This document shows positions 27,146-36,946 of a stretch of 64,000 nt of DNA, one piece after another. The position numbers and the translations under genes are program-made. How positions within the stretch are numbered: position 1 is the stretch's first letter; each line of letters begins with the position of its first letter. The stretch is from NCBI GenBank assembly GCA_964022665.1, contig CAXIDF010000002.1, positions 207,797 through 271,796 of the forward strand, written 5' to 3'. The stretch comes from an uncultured Halieaceae bacterium (GTDB lineage Bacteria; Pseudomonadota; Gammaproteobacteria; Pseudomonadales; Halieaceae). The notes under the pieces were generated by a model. That model worked only from the letters and a program-made list of their open reading frames with translations, was not told the origin of the DNA and did not search any database.

Positions 27146-28719
27146 TCTGCGCTATCCATCCCGACCCGCGCAACGCTACGGTGCGCCAGTCGACTGCGCA
27201 GTGCGATCGCCGACACCCGCAAGTCGCGTGCAGCGGCGGTGACATCCTGCCCGGTGCGCGCAAGCGCCTCGTCCAGTTCCACGTCGGGCACCTGTGCGGC
27301 TAACCGCAAGCCCAGCGAAGGCAGTCGCCGGTACAGGGCCTGTCGACTCATACCCGCGCGCCGCGCTGCGGCGCTCACCTCATAGCGCTCCTGTTTGAGC
27401 AGGGCGCGCAGGGCTTCGTCACCAAGCTCTACCGGGGCTGAGGCTGGCTCCTCCACCGGGGTATCAGCCACGCCCTCTGCCCCCTCCTGCCACACCAGCG
27501 CTGGGGGTAGGCCATCCTCTGCATGCAGAACAAGCTGACGTGCGCAATTGCTCAACTCGCGCACGTTGCCGGGCCAGGCGTGGCGCTGGCAGTGGTAAAA
27601 CAGCTCGGCCCAGCGGGCAATGCGCAGCGGGTCCTCCGATGATGTGGGCAACACCGATATTGAGCCGATTTCCGCACAGGCCCGCTGCAGAAAAAGGCGG
27701 AGCAATTCACCGATGTCTTCAGGGTGCTCGCGCAGCGGGGCAACACGGATTTCCGCACTACCCAGCCGGTGTCGCAGGGCGCTGCGAAAGCGGCTATCGG
27801 GCCCGTCCAGGGCGGCATCCGTCGCCGAGATAACCCGCACGTCCACTTTGCGCAGAGGCCCGCCCACGGGTTGTACCTCGCGTTCCTGCAGGGCGCGCAA
27901 GAGCTGCGGTTGAACCTCTTCCGGTGTATCTCCCACTTCATCCAGAAACAGGCTGCCACCCTCCGCCTGCTGAAAATAACCAACACTGTTGCGCTCTGCA
28001 CCGGTGAACGCACCCCGGGCGCTACCAAAAAGCACAGCAGCCGCTACGCCCGCAGGAATCGCCGCCATGTTCACCGGCACCAACGGACCGACTGCTCGCT
28101 CACTCTGCGCATGCAGGGCGCGCGCTACCAGCTCCTTGCCGCTGCCGGTTTCACCGCGAATAAGCACATCCAGGCCGCAAGCGGCGACCCGCGCGATGTC
28201 GCGACGCAGGCCCTGCATATAATCACTGCTGCCACACAGCTCGTCGTCTGTGTCGGCCGACGCCGTGCGCGATGATGATGCGCCGGCGGCAGCCGGCAGC
28301 TCGCGCAGTAGCAGGACCACGCTGTGAGCAAGTTGCAGCACGATCCCCCGGCGCAGGTCAGCGGCGGAAAATTCACGAGCCCCCTGCGCCCACTCCCCGT
28401 TGAAGCGGCAACGGCAGGCACCGGGCAGGGGCGTGAGGGTGACACCCGCTTTGTGAAACTGGATGCGCAGCGCCTGTCGACTGATGTAGGGGTCAGCGAG
28501 GGGGGCGCCACTGGCGCTGCCTGAGCGGGTAAACGCGGGAGACTGCCGCCCCAGGACCGCAGCCTTGCGGCTCACCCCCTGAAACAGTACGCGCTCGCCT
28601 ATGCGCGCAACGTCGGGATGGAATACCAGCGTCAACGCACGCACTTGACGCGCCGGACTGGCTGTAAGCTGCGCAAATACAGAGGGTAGCGTGGTATCCG
28701 CGCGAATATCTTCCGGCAT
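27142..28719 (-). CDS. Sigma-54-dependent transcriptional activator (bEBP) with an N-terminal FHA-like domain
   Basis: Walker A GETGSGKE. Intact GAFTGA loop. Walker B LFLDEVGD. N-terminal approx 140 aa carries FHA-like landmarks (LGRQ ... ISRQAL ... NGE). The C-terminus has two Fis-type HTH motifs. Confidence 0.85.
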   Translation of the reverse strand: MPEDIRADTTLPSVFAQLTASPARQVRALTLVFHPDVARIGERVLFQGVSRKAAVLGRQSPAFTRSGSASGAPLADPYISRQALRIQFHKAGVTLTPLPGACRCRFNGEWAQGAREFSAADLRRGIVLQLAHSVVLLLRELPAAAGASSSRTASADTDDELCGSSDYMQGLRRDIARVAACGLDVLIRGETGSGKELVARALHAQSERAVGPLVPVNMAAIPAGVAAAVLFGSARGAFTGAERNSVGYFQQAEGGSLFLDEVGDTPEEVQPQLLRALQEREVQPVGGPLRKVDVRVISATDAALDGPDSRFRSALRHRLGSAEIRVAPLREHPEDIGELLRLFLQRACAEIGSISVLPTSSEDPLRIARWAELFYHCQRHAWPGNVRELSNCARQLVLHAEDGLPPALVWQEGAEGVADTPVEEPASAPVELGDEALRALLKQERYEVSAAARRAGMSRQALYRRLPSLGLRLAAQVPDVELDEALARTGQDVTAAARDLRVSAIALRSRLAHRSVARVGMDSAD

Positions 28720-28836
28720 AGGCAGACCTGGCGTTCAGAGCACTCCGCTGGGTTTTATTGGAAGTCTAGCAGCTGCTGCGCCTGTTTGCGCCTGGGCGGT
28801 CACATCTGATGCATCGCGCCAGCCGACGGGCAGGCA

Positions 28837-29676
28837 TCAGCCGGCAATGGCCAGCAGTGCGATAACCAGCACCCAAACCACAGCGCTGCGCGCAAGCAGT
28901 GCACCCAGTGCCCGCGCTTCACCGGCCGCCGTTCCCGCATCAAACCCGTCAGCCGCGGTCTGCGCCGCTGCCGCGCCGACAGCCCCCAGCATTGCGCTGG
29001 CGTCACGTGAGGAATCCATTAACGCATCGCGCATCGCGTCACGGCTGAGCATGAAGTTGCCGACCAGGGCGAAGGTCAACCCCAGGAGCCGCGCAGGCCC
29101 CCAATCGACCACAAACAGCACGCGCGCGGCGCCCGGCCCGTTGGCCTGCTGCGCATACAATTGCAGCAGGCGGTAGGCAAAAGCCCAGGCGGGCCCCAGC
29201 ACGATGAACAGCAGCACCACGGCAAACCAGCGCTGGTAACCTTCGTACAACAGTCGGCCCTGCAGCTGCGCATAGGCGTCATCGATCTCACCTGGGCCGG
29301 AAGCCAGAGCCAGGTCATCTGCCCCCAGTGCATCACAGAGATAGAGCCAACCCGTTTCCACGTTCCCGCGTTCACAGTGGCCACAGTACTGCGCCACCAT
29401 CGCCTCAAAGTCACCGCGACCAAAGCTGAACAGCAACACCAGGGCCGCGAGCAGTATCCAGGACAAGCCGAACAGCAGTGGTGCCAGCGCGGCCAGCAAC
29501 AGGCTCAACAGCAGCGCGGGCAGCAACACCACCAGCACCAGCTGGACCGCATCCAACAGCCCATGCGCTACAATTCGCTCGCGGTAATGTTGCCACCAGT
29601 GGTCGCGATGCAGCCAGGGCTCGGCGCCGCCCAATTGTCGCAGCGCCAGCGCAAGAATCAGGGCGAGAAAGGTCAT
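28837..29676 (-). CDS. ampE: AmpE-like inner-membrane protein
   Basis: [15 protein letters not shown]... polytopic protein of 279 aa. ATGA overlap with ampD, the classical ampDE arrangement. Confidence 0.7.
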   Translation of the reverse strand: MTFLALILALALRQLGGAEPWLHRDHWWQHYRERIVAHGLLDAVQLVLVVLLPALLLSLLLAALAPLLFGLSWILLAALVLLFSFGRGDFEAMVAQYCGHCERGNVETGWLYLCDALGADDLALASGPGEIDDAYAQLQGRLLYEGYQRWFAVVLLFIVLGPAWAFAYRLLQLYAQQANGPGAARVLFVVDWGPARLLGLTFALVGNFMLSRDAMRDALMDSSRDASAMLGAVGAAAAQTAADGFDAGTAAGEARALGALLARSAVVWVLVIALLAIAG

Positions 29677-30239
29677 GCGGTATCTCCTGCGGATGCCAGG
29701 CTGGCGCGGTAGCGCGACCAGTCGAAAGCGGGGCCGGGGTCTGTTTTTCGCCCCGGAGCAATATCGGCGTGGCCGGCCAGGTGGTCGTGACACAACCCGG
29801 GATAATAGGCGATCAGTGCATCGGTGAGGGACGTGAGCGTTGCATATTGCGCGTCGGTGTAGGGCACCTCGTCGGCCCCCTCCAGCTCGACGCCGATGCT
29901 GAAGTCATTGCAGTTCTCGCGCTCACGCCAGCAGGACAGGCCGGCGTGCCAGGCGCGCAAATCGGTGGCGACAAACTGCACCAGCTCGCCACAGCGGCGA
30001 ATCAGGAAGTGCGCGGAAACCTCAAGCCCGCAGATTTCGGCGTAGAAAGGGTGCGCCGTCCAGTCCAGGCAGTTGGTAAACAGTTGCTCAATAGCGTCGC
30101 CGCCAAAGCAGCCCGGCGGCAGGGAGATATTGTGGATCACCAGCAGGTCGACAACCGTGCCGGCCGGGCGCGGCCCGCAGTTCGGCGAAGGCACTGCGCG
30201 CGCCTGTTGGACCCAACCCCTATCGAGCGTATAGCGCAT
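29673..30239 (-). CDS. ampD: 1,6-anhydro-N-acetylmuramyl-L-alanine amidase AmpD
   Basis: Amidase_2 family features: [46 protein letters not shown]. Confidence 0.85.
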   Translation of the reverse strand: MRYTLDRGWVQQARAVPSPNCGPRPAGTVVDLLVIHNISLPPGCFGGDAIEQLFTNCLDWTAHPFYAEICGLEVSAHFLIRRCGELVQFVATDLRAWHAGLSCWRERENCNDFSIGVELEGADEVPYTDAQYATLTSLTDALIAYYPGLCHDHLAGHADIAPGRKTDPGPAFDWSRYRASLASAGDTA

Positions 30240-30346
30240 GCGAACCCCACTGCGTAAGCGCCCATCATAATGCAGCCCCCGCGGGGGCTCAACGCACCGC
30301 CGGCGGGCTGCTACAATTGCGCCCTGTTCTCACCCGCTCAATCATC

Positions 30347-31198
30347 ATGGACGCACACCCTATGCCCGCGCTTACCGACAACGATATACAAGACAACGTG
30401 CGCGCCGCGCTGGCGGAGGACGTGGGCGGTGGCGATATCACGGCGGCACTGATTCCCGCCGCTGCGGTGGCGACGGCGCGCGTCATCACCCGTGAGGACG
30501 GCGTGCTTTGCGGACGCGCCTGGGTCGACGCCGTGTTCGCCGCAGTGGACCCCGACCTGCAACCGGAGTGGTCCAGCGCAGATGGCGAGCTGATTACCGC
30601 TGACAGCACCCTTTTCACGGTGCGCGGGCCCGCACGCGCCCTGCTCACCGCGGAGCGCAGCGCGCTGAATTTCCTGCAGTTGTTATCCGGTACCGCGACC
30701 CGCTGCCACCACTATGCCACGTTGGTTGCCGGCACCGGCGTACGCCTGCTGGATACCCGCAAAACCATTCCCGGACTGCGCAAGGCACAGAAGTACGCCG
30801 TGCGCTGCGGCGGTTGCCACAATCACCGCATCGGCCTGTACGACGCCTTTCTGATAAAGGAAAACCACATCAACGCCTGCGGGGGTATCGCCGCTGCCGT
30901 GCGCGAAGCGCACAAGGTTGCTCCGGGCAAGCCAGTGGAAGTGGAAGTGGAAACCCTGGCCGAACTGGAGCAGGCCCTCGGGGCGGGCGCAGACCGGGTC
31001 ATGCTCGATAATTTCACGCTGCAGGCCATGCGCGATGCGGTGGCGCTGGTGGCCAAACGCCTTGAACTGGAGGCATCTGGCAACATCACAGAAACCACGC
31101 TGCGCAGTGTGGCGGAGACAGGTGTCGACTTTATCTCCATTGGGGCACTCACCAAGGACACCCGGGCCCTGGACCTCTCCATGCGCCTGCTGGACTGA
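30347..31198 (+). CDS. nadC: Nicotinate-nucleotide diphosphorylase (carboxylating), quinolinate phosphoribosyltransferase
   Basis: [46 protein letters not shown] region. ATG at 30347 preferred over the TTG at 30317. Confidence 0.9.
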   Translation: MDAHPMPALTDNDIQDNVRAALAEDVGGGDITAALIPAAAVATARVITREDGVLCGRAWVDAVFAAVDPDLQPEWSSADGELITADSTLFTVRGPARALLTAERSALNFLQLLSGTATRCHHYATLVAGTGVRLLDTRKTIPGLRKAQKYAVRCGGCHNHRIGLYDAFLIKENHINACGGIAAAVREAHKVAPGKPVEVEVETLAELEQALGAGADRVMLDNFTLQAMRDAVALVAKRLELEASGNITETTLRSVAETGVDFISIGALTKDTRALDLSMRLLD

Positions 31199-31216
31199 AG
31201 TGGGCGTTTTTGCCGC

Positions 31217-31696
31217 CTAGATGAGTGGTACAGCGCTGATCACGATGCCGTTGTTGTCGGCGTAGACATAGTCCCCCGGCGCGATACGTGCACCACCGAA
31301 CTGCAGCGCAATATCGCGCTGCCCTTCTCCCCGTTTCTCGGTTTTCAGCGGCGTCGCGCCGAGGGCCTTGACGCCCAGCGGGGTTGCGGCAATCTCGTCC
31401 ACATCGCGCACGGCGCCATTGATCACCAGGCCGCTCCAGCCGTTGCGTGCCGCCTCCTCCGCCAGCATGTCGCCCAACAGCGCGCGACGCAGGGAGCCGC
31501 CGCCGTCCACTACCAGCACCCGTGCTTCACCGGGCTCGGCAACGGCCTGTTTCACCAGCGAGTTATCCTCGTGGCACTTGATCGTGACCGCCCGTCCGGC
31601 AAAGCAGGGATGAGCGCCAAAATCGCGGAACTGCAATTCAATCACCAACGCCTCGGGGGCGGCATCAGTCAGGTCCGGCGTGGAAAAAAGCGGCAT
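31217..31696 (-). CDS. rraA: RraA-family protein (RNase E regulator / 4-hydroxy-4-methyl-2-oxoglutarate aldolase fold)
   Basis: MPLFSTPDLTDAAPE...VLVVDGGGSLRRALLGDMLA...GAVRD motifs. ATG at 31696 with an AGGAGG RBS. Confidence 0.8.
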   Translation of the reverse strand: MPLFSTPDLTDAAPEALVIELQFRDFGAHPCFAGRAVTIKCHEDNSLVKQAVAEPGEARVLVVDGGGSLRRALLGDMLAEEAARNGWSGLVINGAVRDVDEIAATPLGVKALGATPLKTEKRGEGQRDIALQFGGARIAPGDYVYADNNGIVISAVPLI

Positions 31697-31704
31697 ATTG
31701 CCTC

Positions 31705-33474
31705 CTAGAGCCAGTCGACAGGATAGCTGGCAAGCGCTTCGGGGCCCGCGGCGATGGCGCTGGCGTGCGCCCGACAACGCGGTAACACCTGGTCAGCGTA
31801 GAAGCGTGCGGTGGCGATCTTGCGCTCGTAGAAGGGGTTATCCGAACCGCCGGCGATTCGCTCCCGAGCCACCAGGGCGGAGCGCGCCAAATGCCAGCCG
31901 CCAAATAGATAGCCGCACTGCATCAGGTAATCGAAAGATGCGCCCAGCGCCTGCTCCGGCGCCGCATCCAGTGCAGCAACAAGCTGCCCCGTTGTCTCCT
32001 CCGCGCCCGCGAGGGCTGCTGCCAGAGCCTCTGCAATAGCCACCAGAGCCGGCTGTTCCGTCGCACGCAAAGCCTCCACCGTCACCGCAACGTCGGCCAG
32101 CGCATCGCGCATGGCTCCGCCCTGATCGCGCCCCAGCTTACGGGACACCAGGTCCGCCGCCTGAATGCCGTTGGTGCCCTCGTAGATCGAGGTGATGCGC
32201 ACGTCACGCAGGAACTGCGCCGCGCCCGTTTCTTCTATGTAGCCCATGCCGCCGTGCACCTGCACGCCGAGTGATGTCAGCTCCTGGCCGACCTCGGTCA
32301 TCCACCCCTTGATGACCGGAATCATCAGGTCGATACGGAACTGGTGCCGGGCGCGCTCGGTTTCTGCGCCGCGGTGCGCCAGGTCCATGGTAACCGCTTC
32401 TGTGTACACCAGCGCGCGCATGGCTTCGATCAGCGCGCGCATCGTGAGCAGCATGCGCCGCACATCCGGGTGCTCGATGATGGGCACGCCGCCCTGCACG
32501 CGCTCACGCGCATAGGCCACCGCCTTCTGGTAGGCGCCCTCCGCGGCTCCCAACCCCTGCACACCCACCTTCAGGCGTGCTTCATTCATCATGGTGAACA
32601 TGCATGCAAGACCGCGGTTCTCTTCACCCACCAGGTAACCCAGGGCGCCTTCCTTGTCGCCAAACGCCATCACACAGGTGGGACTGCCATGAATACCCAG
32701 TTTGTGTTCGGTGGACACCGGGTACACATCGTTCCGCTCACCCAGGCTGCCATCGTCATTGACGAGAAACTTGGGCACCAGAAACAGGGAGATACCACGG
32801 CTGCCTTCAGGCGCATCGGGCAATTTCGCCAGCACCAGGTGGATGATGTTGTCGGTCGCGTCGTGGTCGCCCCAGGTAATGTAGATTTTCTGGCCGTGGA
32901 TGCGGTAGTGGTCTCCCTCGGGCACTGCCCGGGTTTTCATCACCCCGAGATCCGAGCCGGCGCCGGATTCCGTGAGGTTCATGGTGCCGGCCCATTCCCC
33001 GGAGTGCATCTTCGGCAGGTAGCGCTGCTTCAACGCTTCGCTGGCATGGGCGTGAATCGCCAGCGCCGCACCCGAGCTCAGCATCGGTGCCAGGCCGAAG
33101 GCGAGGTTGGCACTGTTCCACATCTCGCAGGCGGCTGTGGCATAGAGCTCCGGCAAGCCCTGACCACCGTAGGCGGGATCCGAGGAAATACCCATCCAGC
33201 CGCCAGCGCCCAGCTGTTGCAAGGCCTCGCCGTATCCGGGGCTCAGGGTGATCGCACCATCGGCGCAGGTTGCCGGGTGCTCGTCCCCCACCCGACGCAG
33301 CGGTGCCAGCACATCGCCTGCCAGCCGCGCCCCTTCATCGAGCAGTGCAGTACTCAGCTCCGCCCCTACCCCAAGGTCTTCGAAGGCGGGCAATGCACCG
33401 AGGATTTGCCCGACATCCAGTAACTCATCAATCAAAAACGTCATGTCCTCAATCGGGGCGCGGTAGCTGCTCAT
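31705..33474 (-). CDS. Large acyl-CoA dehydrogenase (FadE-like, with C-terminal extension)
   Basis: 589 aa. ACAD N/M/C-domain motifs (TESGAGSDL, KIYITWGDHD, YEGTNGIQA). ATG at 33474 chosen. Confidence 0.85.
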   Translation of the reverse strand: MSSYRAPIEDMTFLIDELLDVGQILGALPAFEDLGVGAELSTALLDEGARLAGDVLAPLRRVGDEHPATCADGAITLSPGYGEALQQLGAGGWMGISSDPAYGGQGLPELYATAACEMWNSANLAFGLAPMLSSGAALAIHAHASEALKQRYLPKMHSGEWAGTMNLTESGAGSDLGVMKTRAVPEGDHYRIHGQKIYITWGDHDATDNIIHLVLAKLPDAPEGSRGISLFLVPKFLVNDDGSLGERNDVYPVSTEHKLGIHGSPTCVMAFGDKEGALGYLVGEENRGLACMFTMMNEARLKVGVQGLGAAEGAYQKAVAYARERVQGGVPIIEHPDVRRMLLTMRALIEAMRALVYTEAVTMDLAHRGAETERARHQFRIDLMIPVIKGWMTEVGQELTSLGVQVHGGMGYIEETGAAQFLRDVRITSIYEGTNGIQAADLVSRKLGRDQGGAMRDALADVAVTVEALRATEQPALVAIAEALAAALAGAEETTGQLVAALDAAPEQALGASFDYLMQCGYLFGGWHLARSALVARERIAGGSDNPFYERKIATARFYADQVLPRCRAHASAIAAGPEALASYPVDWL

Positions 33475-33640
33475 GGCGATGCATTCCTTGTGGGTACGGG
33501 TGAACGGGAGTGGCACAGTATAGCGCCTGTGTGCCCGCGTCACGGACAGCACAACAATGCCCCTTGGCAATTCTAGCGAAGGGCCTATAATTTTCACAAT
33601 CTATCGTCTGCATCCCCGCCATTCTCATGATGAATACACT

Positions 33641-34603
33641 ATGTCCACCAAACTGAACCGCATCGATCTCAACCTGCTCGTCTACCTGGATGCCCTGCTG
33701 CGTGAGCGCAACGTGACCCAGGCCGCACACCAGCTGAACCTGTCGCAACCCGCCATGAGTAACGGCTTGCGCCGGCTGCGGGACCTGTTCGACGACCCGC
33801 TGCTGGTACGCACCTCCGACGGCATGACGCCCACCGAGCGCGCGCTTGAACTGGAGCCCCAGGTGCGCGACGTGTTAATGAACATTGAACAGGCCGTGCA
33901 GCCGCGCTCGGCGTTCGCACCCGAACAGGCGCAACGCGTTTTCCGCATCATGGCCAGTGACTACGCGGAGTCCACCCTGCTGCCGGCGGTACTGGGCAAA
34001 CTGCGACTGCAGGCGCCGGGCCTGACGCTGGATATCATGACCCCGTCCGATGTGAGTTTCCTCGATGTGGAACGCGGCAAGGTGGATATGGTGATCAACC
34101 GCTTCGACTCCATGCCGCAGTCCTTCCACCAGATTCACCTGTGGAACGACAGTTTTTCCTGCCTGCTAAGCCCGGAAAACCCGGTGCTGGAGGACTTCAC
34201 TCTGGAAAACTACCTGCAGGCGAAGCACATCTGGGTGAGCAAAACCGGCATGGGTGTTGGGGTGGGCGTGGATCCCGACGATGTACAGCGCCTCGGCTGG
34301 GTAGACAGTGCGCTGGCACGGCTGGGCAAGAAGCGTCAGATACGGGTGTTTACCCGCCACTACCAGGCTGCCATGACGCTGGCGGAGCAGAACGACCTGA
34401 TCGTGACCCTGCCCACGCGCGCCGCACGCCTGAAACGCAACAACCCGCGCGTCGTACTGCGCGACCCGCCACTGGACATCCCGCCGCTGGAGTTGAAGAT
34501 GGCCTGGAGCCCGTTGTTGCAGCACAATCCCGCCAACCGCTGGCTGCGTAAACTGATTGCCGACACGGCACGCGAAATGGACAACCAGCCACCGCTGCCG
34601 TGA
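33641..34603 (+). CDS. LysR-family transcriptional regulator
   Basis: N-terminal wHTH LNLLVYLDALLRERNVTQAAHQLNLSQPAMSNGLRRLR. Divergent from the acyl-CoA dehydrogenase gene. Confidence 0.85.
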   Translation: MSTKLNRIDLNLLVYLDALLRERNVTQAAHQLNLSQPAMSNGLRRLRDLFDDPLLVRTSDGMTPTERALELEPQVRDVLMNIEQAVQPRSAFAPEQAQRVFRIMASDYAESTLLPAVLGKLRLQAPGLTLDIMTPSDVSFLDVERGKVDMVINRFDSMPQSFHQIHLWNDSFSCLLSPENPVLEDFTLENYLQAKHIWVSKTGMGVGVGVDPDDVQRLGWVDSALARLGKKRQIRVFTRHYQAAMTLAEQNDLIVTLPTRAARLKRNNPRVVLRDPPLDIPPLELKMAWSPLLQHNPANRWLRKLIADTAREMDNQPPLP

Positions 34604-34638
34604 GCGCGGGCACCTTTATTCAATTCGAGAATGACCGT

Positions 34639-34662
34639 GATAAAAACGATAAATTGGATAAA
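34639..34662 (+). promoter_or_regulatory. Three phased GATAAA direct repeats upstream of glcB (candidate operator or UP-like element)
   Basis: GATAAA occurs at 34639, 34648 and 34657, an exact 9-bp register, inside the only AT-rich patch between lysR and glcB. Confidence 0.3.
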
Positions 34663-34738
34663 TTAAGCCCTCAGGCCGTAGACTAGCCTTTTTCCGGTGG
34701 GCGCAGAGCGCGCCCCACAGCCAGAGGAATGAACCCCC

Positions 34739-36934
34739 ATGAGCGAGCGCATCATCGAAGGCGGCCTGCATGTTGCAACGGCCTTGCACAACCTCCTGGA
34801 ACACGACATTGCACCCGGCACCGGGGTGAGCCCCGCACAGTTCTGGCAAGGGCTGGATGCTATTGTGCGCGACTTCGCGCCCCGCAATCGCTCACTGCTG
34901 TCCACCCGCGCCGCCATGCAGGAGGAGATCGACAACTGGCACCGCGCCCACCCCGGTGCCAACTACGACCGGGCCCAGTACAAGGCATTTCTCGAAGACA
35001 TTGGCTACCTGCTCCCCGAACCGGCGGACTTCACAATCACCACCGAGAATGTCGACCCGGAGGTCGCCACACTCGCCGGGCCGCAGCTGGTGGTGCCGGT
35101 CATGAATGCGCGCTACGCATTGAATGCCGCAAACGCCCGCTGGGGCAGCCTCTACGATGCCCTCTATGGCACTGATGTAATCCCCGAGACCGACGGAGCC
35201 GAGCGCGCCGGCGGCTACAACCCTGTTCGCGGCGAGCGCGTTATCACCTGGGCCCGGCAATTCCTCAACGCCCACTGTCCGCTGTCAACCGGCGACCACA
35301 GCCAGGCCACGGCCTACACCGTGGTCAACGGCGCTCTGCAGGTGGTGCTGAGCGGCGGCCAGATCAGTTCGCTGGCCACGCCGGCACAGTTTCGCGGCTA
35401 CCGCGGCGAAGGCAACGCACCGACCAGCGTGCTGCTGCAGCACAATGGCCTGCACATCGAGATCCTGATCGACCCCCTCAGTGATATCGGTGCTACCGAC
35501 CCGGCCGGCGTCAAGGACCTGGTGCTGGAGGCGGCACTGACCACCATTCAGGACTGCGAAGACTCCATCGCCGCAGTGGATGCCGCCGACAAGGTGGTGG
35601 TCTACCGGAATTGGCTGGGGCTGATGCGTGGCGACCTGGAAGATTCCTTCCGCAAGGGCGAGGCGACTTTGACCCGTCGCCTGAACCCGGACCGCGTATT
35701 CATCGCGGCCGATGGCAGCGAGCTGGTGCTGCCTGGCCGCAGCCTGATGTTTGTGCGCAACGTCGGTCACCTGATGACCAACGATGCGATCACCGACGAC
35801 GATGGGCGAGAAATCCCCGAAGGCATCATGGACGGCATGTTCACCGCCATGATCGCCCTGCACGACCTGCGCGGCGAGGGCCCCCTGCATAACTCCCGTA
35901 AAGGCAGCATTTACATCGTCAAACCGAAAATGCATGGCCCGGATGAAGTCGATTTCACCTGTGCGCTGTTCGACCGCATCGAGGACGCGCTGGGCCTGCC
36001 GCGGTACACAATCAAACTCGGCATTATGGATGAAGAACGCCGCACCACCGTCAACCTGAAAGCCTGTATTGAGCGCGCCAAAGAACGCCTGGTGTTCATC
36101 AACACCGGCTTTCTGGACCGCACCGGTGACGAAATCCACACCAGCATGGAAGCCGGCGCCATGACGCCCAAGGGCGCAATGAAACAGGAACCCTGGATCA
36201 ACGCCTACGAAGACTGGAACGTGGATACGGGGCTGGCCTGCGGTTTGCTTGGAAAGGCGCAGATCGGCAAGGGCATGTGGGCCATGCCAGACCTCATGGC
36301 GGACATGCTGCAGGCGAAAGTGGCGCACCCCAAGGCGGGTGCGAGCACGGCCTGGGTGCCTTCACCCACCGCTGCCACCCTGCACGCCACGCACTACCAC
36401 GATGTCAATGTGGCCGCGCGCCAGCAGGAACTCCAGGCGCGGCCACGCGCCTCGCTGGACGATATCCTGACCATTCCCTTGAAGGGCGCTGCCGGCCTGA
36501 GCGCTGACGACATCCAGCGCGAACTGGATAACAACGCCCAGGGCATCCTCGGTTACGTGGTGCGCTGGATTGATCAGGGGGTGGGCTGCTCCAAGGTCCC
36601 GGACATCCACGACGTGGGGCTGATGGAAGACCGCGCCACCCTGCGCATTTCCAGTCAGCACATTGCCAACTGGCTGCGCCATGGCGTTTGCAGTGAGGCG
36701 CAGGTGCTGGAAACCCTGCAGCGTATGGCGGCTGTGGTTGACCAGCAAAACTCGGGAGACCCGGTCTACCGCAACATGGCACCGGATTTCGACGACAGCA
36801 TTGCCTTCAAGGCCGCACTGGAGCTGGTGTTACAGGGGTGTGAGCAGCCCAGCGGCTACACCGAGCCCGTACTGCATGCGCGGCGCCGCGAGGCCAAGGC
36901 CAAGCACGGCGGCTCAGAGACGCGGCCCCGCTAA
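34739..36934 (+). CDS. glcB: Malate synthase G
   Basis: 731 aa, the size and N-terminus typical of GlcB. Conserved [15 protein letters not shown] and MDEERRT(T)VNL motifs. Confidence 0.92.
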   Translation: MSERIIEGGLHVATALHNLLEHDIAPGTGVSPAQFWQGLDAIVRDFAPRNRSLLSTRAAMQEEIDNWHRAHPGANYDRAQYKAFLEDIGYLLPEPADFTITTENVDPEVATLAGPQLVVPVMNARYALNAANARWGSLYDALYGTDVIPETDGAERAGGYNPVRGERVITWARQFLNAHCPLSTGDHSQATAYTVVNGALQVVLSGGQISSLATPAQFRGYRGEGNAPTSVLLQHNGLHIEILIDPLSDIGATDPAGVKDLVLEAALTTIQDCEDSIAAVDAADKVVVYRNWLGLMRGDLEDSFRKGEATLTRRLNPDRVFIAADGSELVLPGRSLMFVRNVGHLMTNDAITDDDGREIPEGIMDGMFTAMIALHDLRGEGPLHNSRKGSIYIVKPKMHGPDEVDFTCALFDRIEDALGLPRYTIKLGIMDEERRTTVNLKACIERAKERLVFINTGFLDRTGDEIHTSMEAGAMTPKGAMKQEPWINAYEDWNVDTGLACGLLGKAQIGKGMWAMPDLMADMLQAKVAHPKAGASTAWVPSPTAATLHATHYHDVNVAARQQELQARPRASLDDILTIPLKGAAGLSADDIQRELDNNAQGILGYVVRWIDQGVGCSKVPDIHDVGLMEDRATLRISSQHIANWLRHGVCSEAQVLETLQRMAAVVDQQNSGDPVYRNMAPDFDDSIAFKAALELVLQGCEQPSGYTEPVLHARRREAKAKHGGSETRPR

Positions 36935-36946
36935 CGCGGGGTAAGA

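Noticed and set aside
25724-28719. Possibility that the FHA-like bEBP plus Ser/Thr kinase belongs to a type VI secretion regulatory module (Fha/PpkA/VasH-like)
   Set aside because: No T6SS structural genes (tssA-M, hcp, vgrG, clpV) or PppA phosphatase occur anywhere in the window. The FHA-like domain is fused to the bEBP itself rather than being a separate Fha protein.
28837-30239. ampD-ampE as an indicator of an inducible AmpC beta-lactamase system
   Set aside because: No ampC or ampR is in the window. ampDE are also general muropeptide-recycling genes, so no resistance inference is justified.
34608-34630. GGGCAC...TTCAA resembling a sigma-54 promoter upstream of glcB
   Set aside because: The GG to GC spacing does not fit: the -12 position reads CA, not GC. 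The -24 element also lacks the leading T.
35285-36328. 347-aa ORF antisense to malate synthase G
   Set aside because: Shadow ORF. glcB on the + strand has unambiguous family motifs and full length. The antisense translation is low-complexity (A/G/V/H/D-rich).
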